Shown: piece after piece, positions 35,596 to 47,159 of the stretch | How positions within the stretch are numbered: the stretch's first letter is position 1 | How the letters are laid out: each line of letters begins with the position of its first letter | DNA from: Malacoraja senta | Taxonomy: Eukaryota | Reading direction: 5' to 3' | Assembly: GCA_038087875.1 (NCBI GenBank) | Contig: JAXLNO010000625.1 | Location: 1-64,000, forward strand | DNA: 64,000 nucleotides | Program-made: the position numbers and the translations under genes | The notes under the pieces: model-generated | Databases searched by the model: none | What the model saw: the letters and a program-made list of their open reading frames with translations, nothing else | Told to the model about the DNA's origin: nothing

Positions 35596-36349
35596 ATGAT
35601 TACGTTGATCATGCAAGTAGTATAAACTTCTATTCTTCCTTCTCATAAATTCTGTTCACTTCCAGAATTGTTGTAAAGCATGCCACAACATTTGCCTTGT
35701 GAAATGCAACTATAGAACATTTGTTCTCGTTTTCCTCTCAATCCCAGTGCTAATGCAATGGACTGAAAATGATTTTGAGACCATACCAGAGTTAGGTGTA
35801 ATATTTATCAACAGCAGCCTAGTGTGAAACATTAACCCTTAAATTGCTTGTGTGCCTTCAATATAGACCAAGTGTCCTCAAAGAAATCTACACACTTTAT
35901 CCTATAAAATGTTATGACATAACATTTAAAAAAAGCAGTTTGGATATGTACCTAGTATCACAACATTGCTACCTTCTGAAGCTTATTGTATATTAAAAAA
36001 TTATGATGATTTTTAAACATTACATCTTTGATTTTTATTTTATATCTTTCATTTTTAGAGCTGAAATAAAAGCCAGAGCTTGTTTAAGCTGCTGAAGCAG
36101 CAGATTTTATATCAAAGTATGTGTAATTTTTTTAATGTTTAATCTCAACCATGTTACAACTAATCCATAAAAGATGCTGTTTCTGCCTTCCTATGCCTTG
36201 AATGGTATATATCAGGTCTTATATAATAGAATATAATACATAAATATGCTGAATGTAAAAATGTCAAGCACATTAAGATTACAGTGCAGTATCAATGATG
36301 TATTGTTATCCTGCTAATCTAAAATATTGAGAAGAATGTAAGAAAATTG

Positions 36350-38510
36350 AGTTGAACGCAGATAAGAGAGGTATTACATTTTGGGAAGTCAAACCAGGGC
36401 AGGATCTTCACAGTGAAAGGCAGGGCCCTGGGAGTGTTGCAGAGCAGACCGATCTACTAGTGCAGGTACATTGTTCCTTGAAAGTGACATCAGGGTGGTC
36501 AATGCATTTTCAGTACATTGGCCTTCACCAGTCAAGAAATTGAGACTTTATGTTATAGTTATACAAGACATTGCTGAGGCTGCATTTGGAGTATTGTATT
36601 CATTTTGGTCACCCTGCTACAGGACGGATGTCCTTAAGCTGGAAAGAGTTTCGAAATATTTTACAAGGATGTTGCCAGGACTTGAGGGCATCAACTATAG
36701 GGAGAGTTTGGACAAGCTAGGACTTATTCCTTGGAGGGCAGGAGGCTGATGGGTGATATGATAAAGGTGTATAAAATCAAGAGGGGGATAGAAACACAGA
36801 AACATAGAAAATAGGTGCAGGAGGAGACCATTCAGCCCTTCGAGCCAGCACCGCCATTCATTGTGATCATGGCTGATCGTCCCCAATCAATAACCCTGCC
36901 TTCTCCCCGTATCCCTTGATTCCACTAGCCCCTAGAGCTCTAACTCTCTCTTAAATCCATCCAGTGATTTGGCCTCCACTGCCCTCTGTGGCAGGGAATT
37001 CCACAAATTCACACCTGTCTTTTATCACCTCAGTCTTAAATGGCCTCCCCTTAATTCTAAGACTGTGGCCCCTGGTTCTGGACTCGCCCAACATTGGGAA
37101 CATTTTTCCTGCATCTAGCTTGTCCAGTCCTTTTATAATTTTATGTTTCTATAAGATATCCCCTCATCCTTCTAAACTGCAGTGAATACATGCCTAGTCT
37201 TTTCAATCTTTCCTCATATGACAGTCCCGCTATCCCAGGGATCAATCTCGTGAACCTACGCTGCACTGCCTCAATCACAAGGATATCCTTCCTCAAATTA
37301 GGAGACCAAAACTGTACACAATACTCCAGATGTGATAGATTAGATGAATGCACAGTCTTTTATCCAGAGTAGGTGAATCAAGAACCAGAGGTCATAAGTT
37401 TGAAGTGAAAGGAGAAAGATTTAATAGGAAACTATGGGGCAACTTGTTCATACAGAGGGTGGTGGGCAAATGGAATGAGCTGCCAGAGGTAGTTGAGGCA
37501 AGTACTATAACAACATTTAAAACATATTTGGAATCCATAAAATTTTCCCAAATATATCATCAAACTGTGATAAATGTCATCTCAAGAAGCTACTATAGCG
37601 CATTCATTTGTCTTTTGTACAAAAATTCAAAAATTGTGGATTGACATTTTTGAAATCTTTACAAAATTATTTAAAATAAAACTGATACCCAAAGCACAAT
37701 GGATTATCTTCGGAATAACGGAAGATAGTCCAGAACTAAATGTGTTTCAAAAGAAACTAATAGACTATGGGTTAATAACTGGAAAAAAGTTAATCCTAAA
37801 ATTTTGGAAAAATGCTCCAATACCAACTATAAACATGTGGATTTCAAATATGTTTGAAACATTACACCTAGAAGAGATAAGACTCCTCCTGGCAGGTAAA
37901 CCAGACCACTTCCACCTGACGTGGTCGGCATTTATAGAATTATTACAAATATAGGGTGCAAAGGTACTTAACAAAAAACTGAGGTCGGGTAGGGGGGGGA
38001 TGAAAATTGGAGATTTGGTATGTCCCATTTGCGGGATGCTGATAAAATAGGTATTTGTTCTTCTCTTTTTCCTTTCTCTTTTTCTTCTTCTTTTCTAGGG
38101 TCTACTTCTTAACTCTTTTTCTTATAGGGTCTTTGTTCTTTCTTGTTGTCACGTTTTTTTTTTTTTCAAACACTTTCACCTTTTCCTTCACTTTCCTCTT
38201 TCTCTTAATCTTATCCTCTCCCTTTATTAATGTAAAAAAAAAAAAAAACAGAGTACATCAATTGTAATAAAATATATGTGACGAGTACTAATGGATGTGG
38301 TTGTAACGTAATGTGCTTCTAATAAATAAAATAAAAAAAATAAAAAATAAAAAAAATAAAACATATTTGGACAGGTACATAGATAGGAAAGTTTTGAGGG
38401 ATATGGTCCAAACACAAGCACTTGGGGAGAGCATATATGGGGCATCTTGGTCGACATGGGCAATTTGTGCCGAAGGGCCTGTTTCCACATTGTATGACTC
38501 TAGAATAGAC
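36350..38510 (+). mobile_element. CR1 (+) with nested antisense CR1 (about 36788-37332) and nested L1
   Basis: FWSPCYRTDVLKLERV... continues as SRTRGHKFEVKGERF...QRVVGKWNELPE. The tail resumes after 38371. Confidence 0.8.
37533..38357 (+). mobile_element. L1-clade LINE 3' end with poly(A)-rich tail
   Basis: CDKC..H....C zinc knuckle, LILKFWKNAPIPTINMW...FHLTWSAF. TSD AAAACATATTTGGA (37519-37532, 38358-38371) at a TT/AAAA site. Confidence 0.9.
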
Positions 38511-38513
38511 TCT

Positions 38514-38835
38514 AGGGTGGCACAGTGGCGTAGCGGTAGAGTTGCTGCCTTAAAGCGCTTACAGCGACGGAGACCCGGGTTCGATCCCGACTATGGGTGC
38601 TGTCTGTATGAAGTTTGTATGTTCTCCCCGTGACACATGTGGGTTTTCTCCGAGATCTTCAGTTTCCTCCCACACTCCAAAGATGTACAGGTATGCAGGT
38701 TAATTGGCTTGGTAAATGTAAAAATAGTTCTTAGTGTGTGTAGGATGGTGTTAATGTGTGGGGATCGCTGGTCGGAGCGGACTTGGTGGGCTGAAGGGCT
38801 TGTTTCCGTTCTGTATCTCTAAACTAAAACTAAAA
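38514..38835 (+). mobile_element. HE1-like V-SINE
   Basis: Full-length pattern with CTAAA(A)-repeat tail. Confidence 0.85.
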
Positions 38836-39389
38836 CAAAAAGACTAAATAGGAAGTGAATTTCATTAATTGTTCATCTGAACTTTTACAGCATCATTTTA
38901 ATGGCTAATTTAATGGCTGGTTCTACATTTATACACGGGAGATGTATAGTGTACAGCTGCTGCATTGAAGGTAATGATCACTGACTTCATGCTACTTCTG
39001 CAAAAAGTATTCTATTTTCACACTAACAATGACCCTTCCTTTCCCTCATTTCTCTTTTATCTGCACTCTTTGTCCTCCTCCCTGGCCTCTTCCACCTATA
39101 TTGCTCCTTCAGGCTTTTTATTTCACTCCTCCTCTTCTACCCTTATCTCACACCCTTTTGTTTCCAGTTCACCTCTAGTCTTTGTCACTTGTTCCACTCA
39201 TCTGCCTCTCAAAAGCTACCATACCCGTATCCACCTTACACTTGCCTGGCTTTGCCCCATCCCCACCTCTTTTCCAACGTGTAGGAAGGAACTGCAGCTG
39301 CTGGTTTACACCGAAGATAGACACAAAATGCTGGAGTAACTCAGCGGGTCAGGCAGCATCTCTGGAGAAGGAATGGGTGATGTTTTGGG

Positions 39390-39653
39390 TCGTTTTGGAT
39401 CTAGGTTGCTGCTATTTTTTCATCATGATTAAAACCGGCCTCGACTAAAAATAGGTTGCCGTTTTAAAAATCGGTAATATTTTAGTTGCAGGTCTTGTCG
39501 AAGCCGGTTTTCTTCATAGTCGAGGAAGGTTTTCAAAATATGCGTGGGAGGTGGGAGGAGGTTGCAGGTCACCTCAACCTTGATTTTTTTTTGGGGGTGG
39601 CTGGTAAGGTCACCAGAGGTTGCTATTTAGGTCTCCTAAGTGGGACAGGGGCT
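39390..39653. mobile_element. Orphan Harbinger-type right end
   Basis: ...TAAGTGGGACAGGGGCT|TAA. Confidence 0.6.
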
Positions 39654-39929
39654 TAAGTCTCCTTTTTCGTCTCCCATTAATTTTCCATGCTGGCACATGT
39701 GTTCAGAAACAGAGACAGTTATCAACAATTCACAGGCTGCTCATCTCTAAATGCACAAATGTACTGTAGACAATGGTCCACGATTCTTCTAACTTTACCT
39801 GGCAGTATATATAAAGGTGCAAGTACATGGACAATTTTGCTCATTGATTTCTCTGTAGTTCTGGGCATTACAACTTACGAGGAGGCATTGTGTTACTTTT
39901 TCTTTTGATACTCAAAATTAGAAATCTAA

Positions 39930-40415
39930 TTAAAATAGCACCTCATATTCGGCTTGGGTAGCTTACAACAATGGTATGAACATTGAATTCCCCATTTTTA
40001 GGCAACCTACATACAAACAACCTCACTTATTTATTTACATACTTTTTATTTTATTCTCTTCCCTGTGCCAACCTGATGCGCACCCTTATCTCCTCTTCCC
40101 CCACCTCCTTCCATATATAATTCCTTCTTCTGGCTTCACAATTTGTATCTCCTTATCTCACACTTATTGCCTTTCATCTCTTGTCCATTTTGTCTTTATT
40201 CACGCATCAAATCACCCCCCCTTCACATATATTCATTTATCACTCATCATTATCCTGCCTCCTCCACTCTTCCAGCTTGCTTTCTTCCCCCCACTCCCCC
40301 ACCCACCCATCCAACCACAATGAGTCTGAAGAAAGGTCCCAACACAAAATGTCATCTATCCATGTTTTCCAGAGATGTTGCCCAGCTCACTTGTGGCATT
40401 CTGTGCCATTTTTTG
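39930..40415 (+). mobile_element. Penelope-like 3' fragment
   Basis: CACCTCATATTCGGCTTGGGTAGCTTACAAC..GGTATGAACATTGAATTC, pyrimidine-rich UTR and a degenerate hammerhead repeat. Confidence 0.65.
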
Positions 40416-40495
40416 GTAGTTGTCCTTTTCCCTCATTCGGCAGCCAAACCATGTAGAATGGTTCTTGTTAGCTTAGGGGAAGATGACTGATTTTG

Positions 40496-41961
40496 TAATA
40501 GTAATAGTAATAGTAATAGTAACTTTATTGTCAATTCAAATAATGCAACAAGTAGTTACACGGATTGAAATTGCGTTTCCCCATACTCCAATGTGCAAGT
40601 AATATTTATATTTATAACACAGACAGACAATATTTATAAATTTTATCCAAATATATCGCCCATTTGCGATAAATGTTTAACCCAAGACGCAACTATAACA
40701 CACTCTTTTGTTTCTTGTATAAAACTTCATGGATTTTGGAGTGATATTTTCGAAATATTTACAAAATTATTTAAGACAAAAATGGAACCCAATAACGAAT
40801 TGATTATATTTGGGGTAATGGAAGATGGGAACAAATTGAGCTAATCTCAAAAGTCAATTTTTAATTATGGTTTAATAATAGCAAAAATATTAATATTGAA
40901 ATTTTGGAAAAATACACCAATACCAACGCTCAAAATGTGGATTGCAAGTATGTTGGATACCGCACATCTTGAGGAAATGCGATTCCTCCTAATAGATAAA
41001 TTTGACCAATTCATAACGAGTTGGTCTCCATTTGTCGTCTTTTTGGAAACATATGGTGCAACACAGGTGTAAAAGCTAATCCGTGACTGGGGATGGTCAA
41101 GATTATAAATGATCTCCTTACTTCTATTTTCTTTTCTTCTCTTTTCTTCTTTTACTCTCTTCTATTTTTTATGTCAACTTTCTTTTTTCACTCTCTATTT
41201 TTCTTTTTCACACACTATATATCACATTTTTCTATTTTTCATTATCTAACTTTTTTCTTTTTCTTCTTTATTACAAACATTTTTTTAAATAAGAAGCTGT
41301 ACATAAAAGGTATTATGAAAATATGATTGTATACAATTGTACTTACTTCTAATAATTTTTTTTTTTTTTTTAAAAGACAATATACCAAAAAAAATAGACA
41401 ATGGACATATACATTATATAAAATATTCATTAATAAAAGGTGCAATATAGAAAAGTGCAAATAGCATACTGCAGACATTGGGTTAAAGTTAATTTGACAG
41501 TCAGTTGGTCTTTGTTTGTGTTATGTTCATGGAATTTTCTTGAGTGTGTTGAGTAGTCTGATGGCCTGAGGGAAAAAGCTGTTTTTGAATCTTGTGGTTT
41601 TGCTCCGCATGCTGCGGTAGCGCTTGCCGGATGGTAGGAGGGTGAACAGTTTGTGTGCTGGGTGGGTGGTGTCTTTGATGATATTGGTTGCTCTCTTGCG
41701 ACAGCGAGATGGGTATAAGTCTTGGATTGCTAGTTGGGGTGATCTAGTGATCTTCTCCGCTGTCCTCACCACTCTCTGTAGGGCCTTCTGGTCAGCAGCA
41801 GAGCAACTGCCATACCAGACTGAGAGACTGCTGGTAAGAATGCTCTCAATGGCACCCCGGTAAAAAGTTGTGAGGGCAGAAGGGGGGAGGTCGGCTCTCC
41901 TCATCTGTCGAAGGAAGTGGAGGCGTTGCTGTGCTTTCTTGACTAGGGAGATGGTGTTCAA
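40496..41961 (-). mobile_element. Rex1/Babar-type LINE 3' part, UTR interrupted by L1
   Basis: ORF 41527-41961 NTISLVKKAQQRLHFLRQM...HPAHKLFTLLPSGKRYRS...FKNSFFPQAIRLLN. (GTAATA)n tail at 40496-40522. Confidence 0.85.
40600..41375 (+). mobile_element. L1-clade LINE 3' end
   Basis: KFYPNISPICDKCLTQDATITHSFVSC..FWSDIFEIFTKLFK, homologous to 37533-38357. Confidence 0.85.
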
Positions 41962-42089
41962 TCTCAGCCTAATTTGTCACCTTCACCTCAGCTAACAATG
42001 AACCATTCTACAATTCCTTATCATCGTCTGCTTTGATCTGCCGTTTATACACCTTACCCATCTGTATCTCTAGTTTCCCTCTCCCCTAA

Positions 42090-44213
42090 AAGCTCTGTTT
42101 CACTGTGCGAGTTGACCCACGAGTGACCCCGAGTGAAAGACTCGTGGTTGCGTACGAGACTACAAGTTTATGATCCAGAGTTTAACCGAGTTCCCACGGG
42201 TATGTCTAAGTTTGCCGTTTACTTCTCATTTCTGCGATGTTCCAAGTTTGTCGCCCAAGTGTACCAAGTTCCTCTCCCGTTAATCTTGAGGCAACAATGT
42301 ATATCGACGTGTTGAAAAATCATCACATGTTAAAAAAAATGATGTCATACTTTTTTTTTACATACTATAAAAAGCCTGCCTTGTTTAAATTGGCTCATTT
42401 GGAGAAAATGTCTGCAAGAAGGCTATTGGAGTCCAGGATGGTGATGTTTTTTGTTCAAGTGCTGTATGCTGCAGCCCTTAATGTGATGCAAGGATGCTTG
42501 TGTAATGAAGGCAGAAGAGAGAGAGTAAAGAGGAAAATTAAGAAGAGGTCTCAGTGGGTGAAGCCCCTGTTTCAAAGGAGATCTCTCTTTGGACAGGATG
42601 AAAAGCTGCTTAATGTGTTGTGCGAAGAGGATAAATCTGCATTTAAAAATTTCATCAGAATTTTACCTGAGCTCTTTAATGAGCTGAAGAATAACTTGGG
42701 ACCTCTGCTGATGAAACATGACAAAAGATTGTGATTATGGTCATGTTAAGAATTAAAAGTCATAAAATCAATGTGTGAAATGTGATTCTTATTTTTCAAA
42801 GTCTCTCATAGGAAACAATGAGCATATAGAGCCCAGGGAGAGGGGGAGAAAGGGACGTACACTCACAGAGGCAGAGTCTCTCAGCCTGTGTGAGAGGGAG
42901 GGAGGGAGAGAGAGACACACACACAAGGTGGATGTGAAATCTCACCTACCTGTTTCAGTGACAGGCACCCGCAGCCAGTGAATGAAGACACCCCCATCTG
43001 TCTCCCCCTTCTCTCCCTCCACTCTCCACCCCCTCTCCTCCACCCCACCCCCCTCACCCCCCCCCCCCCCCAATTTGGAAATGTCATCCCATCACCCATT
43101 CCTTCTCTCCAGAGATGTTGCCTGCCCGCTGTTAAAGAGTTCCCACTTGCAGCAGCATAACAGGCCAGTAAACACAATACTCATAGATAATATACTAAAC
43201 AAAGAAAATATATATTAAAAAATCCAGTATTATTGAAAAAATCCCAAAGTCCTTAGTGCAACCAAGGCAGTTTGTAGTTCATAGTTTAGTTAGCATTTGT
43301 AGCGTTCAAGAGCCCGATGGTTGTTGGGAAGAAGCTGTTCTTGAACCTGGAGGTCATGGTTTTCAGATTCTTATACCTTCTGCTCAGCAGGAATGAAATG
43401 AGAACATGGCCAGGGTAGTGTGGGTCCATGACAATGCTGGCTGCCCTTTTGAGGCAGCACCTCATATAGAACCCTTTGATTCAGTAAAGTTCAGTAAAGA
43501 GATCGGGAATCTGGCATCATGGCTTGAGAATAAAACCCAGCCTTTAACATCCGCATAATGAAAGAGTTGGTGTTGTCCTACGGAACAGGGGTGCAGGAGA
43601 GGTGAACACAACCCTGTCTTCTTCAACAGCACTGGTAGAGATGGCTTCTGGACGTGACTGGCAAACCTCAGATTAGGCTGCCATGAAGTGTCATAAAATG
43701 TTCTCACGCTGTTCCTCAATACTGGTTTGTCTTAAGGTTGTGAGCTCAGTCCCAAATACACAAAATCTATATATAAACATCAAGCAATTTTTTCTTTTCA
43801 ACCCACTCTGTCACCTTATCAATAACTTTTACTTTGTTAAGCAGAATTTGTCTTTAAAATGTCTAAGTAACTGATATTTCTGTCCCTGATTATTGTTTCT
43901 AAAAAGAGTTCCCACGGTAGACTCACGAGTCACAAAGTTAAACGCACGGGCCACTACGTTCTTACAACGAGTTGAAATGTTTCAAATTTTAACCTCAAGA
44001 GTACATTTTACTCGTGGAAAAGTTCAAACATGTTTGAACTTTTTCAAGAGTTAACAAGTTTCACGGGTACCTGCCGTTAGTGCCACGAGTCGCTAAGTTG
44101 CGTCCACGAGTTCCGACGTTCCCGCTACGTTAATTGTACGTGATTACCACGAGTTAAATTTGTTTTAAACTCGGGGTACCTCGTGGGTCAGCTCGCACAG
44201 TGTAACAGGGGTT
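42090..44213 (+). mobile_element. Internally deleted PIF/Harbinger transposon with nested retro-fragments
   Basis: TIRs AAGCTCTGTTTCACTGTGCGAGTTGACCCACGAG / CTCGTGGGTCAGCTCGCACAGTGTAACAGGGGTT, flanked by TAA and TTA. Splits a Penelope-associated repeat (…CTCCCC|CTCTCAGTCTGAGGAAGGGTC). Confidence 0.85.
42405..42734 (+). pseudogene. Harbinger transposase N-terminal remnant
   Basis: KKRSQWVKPLFQRRSLFG..KLLNVLCEEDKSAFKNFIRILPELFNELKNNLGPLLMKHD matches the RRxWV..RR..G...ED...F.NF.RM....F..L...P...K.D N-terminus of PIF/Harbinger transposases. No DDE domain seen. Confidence 0.75.
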
Positions 44214-44710
44214 TTACTCTCAGTCTGAGGAAGGGTCTCGACCCAAAATGTCACCCATTCCTTCTCTCAAGAGATGCTGCCTGTCCCGCTGAGTTACTTC
44301 AGCATTTGTGTCTATCTTCGGTGTAAACCAGCATCTGCAGTTCCTTCCTACACATTCAACCTCAGCCATTTCTATTTAATTTAGTGACTCTTACATAATT
44401 CACTTTTACTTCACATGGACATAGTAATGTTAACAGTAGATTTTTCTTCTCAGGATCCAATTGTTTGGCGATTCTACTGTATGTAAGTGCTGCTCAGCAT
44501 TTTTAAAACGCAAAGTTCACTGGCAGATCTCCACGTGGACCGTCGAATTTTGAACATCCAGCTGAAAATAGTAATACTGTGAGCAGCAGGCTGACCAAAA
44601 TACTTCTAAAAATATTTTTTTATAACCTTTAGTTATCTCCTGAAACATATAGTGATACTATAATTGTTATATCTATAGTGACTACAATTTTCAGGCTTTT
44701 AACTGGAAAG

Positions 44711-44848
44711 TCTTCTTCTTGCGTATGGAGTGCACAGCCTAAAGTTGTAGGTCAACTTGTTCTTTTTGATCTATTCATTTGTGCACGTCGGGTTGATTGC
44801 ATTAGTTGAAACAGGGTGGACTACGTGAAGGTTGCAATCTCCCACCCC
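44711..44848 (-). mobile_element. 138-bp non-autonomous Vingi/Ingi-type element with 5' HDV-like ribozyme
   Basis: Perfect 9-bp TSD ACTGGAAAG (44702-44710, 44849-44857). Tail CATACGCAAGAAGAAG. The first base is G1 of the ribozyme fold. Confidence 0.85.
44795..44848 (-). ncRNA. Minimal (54-nt) HDV-like self-cleaving ribozyme
   Basis: GGGGTGG-GA-GATTGCA-ACC-TTCACGT-AGT-CCACCCT-GTTTCAA-CTAA-TGCAATC. P1 7 bp with G1-U wobble, P2 7/7, P3 2/3, 7-nt L3, J4/2 CTAA. Confidence 0.8.
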
Positions 44849-45167
44849 ACTGGAAAGCAAGAAAATGGGGAAAAAACATTACGTACAATATAAATGTTGA
44901 TGGAAGTTAATATATAGTAACCAATAGGTATACAAAAGGATTGCTCTTTATAACCTAAAAATTGAAAGATGTCAATAATATCTTCATCAGGACGCCAACC
45001 TTTAATCGTAACTTGCATATATCTATAGTTGTGATGCTCTGTTATTACCGTAGAGTAATTGTTAGATTGGATGGCATACAAGCTTTCATCTGGACTTTTA
45101 TTTTGGTTCATTTCCTGCACACTCCTGTCCTGAGGCAGAAGAGGGATTGAACAAGATTAGAATAATA

Positions 45168-45170
<3 letters not shown>

Positions 45171-45229
<59 letters not shown>
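45171..45229. repeat. (TA)n microsatellite
   Basis: Direct observation. Confidence 0.95.
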
Positions 45230-45231
<2 letters not shown>

Positions 45232-45535
45232 CACATTCATTTTAACCACCCTGTGTTAAAATACCAAGTGCAGAGTTATTTTGTGGAACGCAATTTCAAT
45301 AGCAGGAGCAAGAGGTATGTGACGATGAAAAGCAAAACAAACATTGAGTAAGAAAGCTTAGCTGGCTTCACATTGTAAGCAAATTTTATTCATGCCGAAT
45401 CTAACATATAGTGTGTGGCGATAAATAAATGTCTCATAGTGGCATTACGGTTGTGTTCAAAAACATATTCAAAATCTGCTGTACCTTTACAAAGGTAGAA
45501 AATCATTGGCCTAAAAACCTGCACTGGAAATAATA

Positions 45536-45702
45536 TTTTAAGAAAGAACTATAGATGCTGGAAATATCGAAGGCAGACAAAAAAGCTGGAGAAACTCAGC
45601 GGGTGAGGCAGCATCTATGGAGCGAAGGAATAGGTGACGTTGCCTATTCCTTTGCCCCATAGATGCTGCCTCACCCGCTGAGTTTCTCCAGCTTTGTCTA
45701 CC
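45536..45702. mobile_element. Fold-back Penelope-associated repeat
   Basis: 12-bp TSD CTGGAAATAATA (45524-45535, 45703-45714). Inverted arms centred on ACGT 45637-45640. Confidence 0.85.
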
Positions 45703-47159
45703 CTGGAAATAATAGTGATACTTTTCAAATGTTTGCAAGGATCTGACAATATACTTGACGAGACATTATAGCCTGAAAATGTGCTTCTGATAGAGACAAG
45801 TCTGATATTTATTCAATTCTACATACATTTGTTTCATTAGCTTGTGCACATTTTTGGCTGAAACTTTTTTGTCACACGTGCAAATTTCTACATTTCAGGT
45901 CACCTAAGTGACTTACATCCAAGAATGGTGAAACAGCAGCACACCAAGAACGAGAAACGTATGAATTGATTCAGTTGGGTGTAAAAGTGAAATTGCACTA
46001 GGTGTAAACGACTACTTAAGAGACAATAGATAGGCAGTTGTTACATCAATAAGTGGTCCAACAGGAGCTTTAAGGTTCTTGGGAAATTGGGATTTCTTCT
46101 GGAGAATGTAGGTTCTGAACATCTAATATTGTTAGGGAATTGGTAGTTTGCTCATGCTGTTGGAAATAGTTCATACTATCGTGGCGGGAAGAAGGGAACC
46201 TGAACTTGGTCAAGAAGGAAGAAAAGCAGAGCTGGAAACGGAAGGCTGAAAAATTAATAATAGACTTTAGGCAAGTTGTGGGCAAACTTTGAATATTTTT
46301 TTAAAAGGCTCAGTAATATTGGGGATTTCATTTGCTCGAATGTTTACTGCAATGCAGTCAGTGTGAAAGGTATTGTGGACACAGGATTTCTAAATTACAT
46401 TCAAAAAAAGGTTTCAGCCAGTATGTAGCAAGCCAACAAGAGGGGACATTTTGGTTTTAGAAAGGCCTCAATTAATCAAGGATAATTAGCATAGATTTGC
46501 TGAGCAAAAGTCATATCCAACTATTTTGAAGGAAGCTTTTGGAAGGCAACAAGGGAGGACAATGAGGACATTGTATTTGATATTAACTATGTGGGTTGAA
46601 GCAAGAGTCTAGATAACGTGCAGACACAAGGAACTGCAGATGCTAGTTTATAAAAATAATAGACACAACATGCAGGAGTAACACTGTCGGTCAGGCAGCA
46701 TCTCTGGATGACATAGATACCTGATATTTCGGGTCAGGAGCCGATGTGTTTCTCCAGCACTTTGTGTCTTATTTTTTAAATAAGGTTCCACATGACAGGC
46801 TGGTCAAAAAAATAAAGGATCCTGGGATCCAACGAAGTGTTACAATTAAATCCAAAGCTTGTTCAGTTACAGGAAGCAAAACAGTTGAAGGGTCTTCTTA
46901 TGACTGGAAGGCTGTTCCCAGTGGGAATCCACATCACTCAGTTCTTGCTATCTTGCTTTTTGTAATGATTATGACTTAAACATGAAGGACAATGTCTGCA
47001 GATGGTATAAATGTGTGTGTACTTAACAACGAGAAAGCTTATTTTACAGGAGTGTTTTGATGCACCAGTCAGAAGGACAGGCAAATGGTAAATGGAATTC
47101 AATCAAGGAACTGGAACATAATATGTTTGGAGTGGGACAAAATAATACACATTGAATGG

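Noticed and set aside
36059..36116. Exon-like segment (polypyrimidine-AG … GTATGT)
   Set aside because: All three frames contain stops and the donor is weak. It cannot be supported as coding, and a non-coding exon is untestable here.
43462..43719. Possible Myb/SANT second gene of the Harbinger element
   Set aside because: No tryptophan-spaced Myb/SANT pattern is visible in the frames I read.
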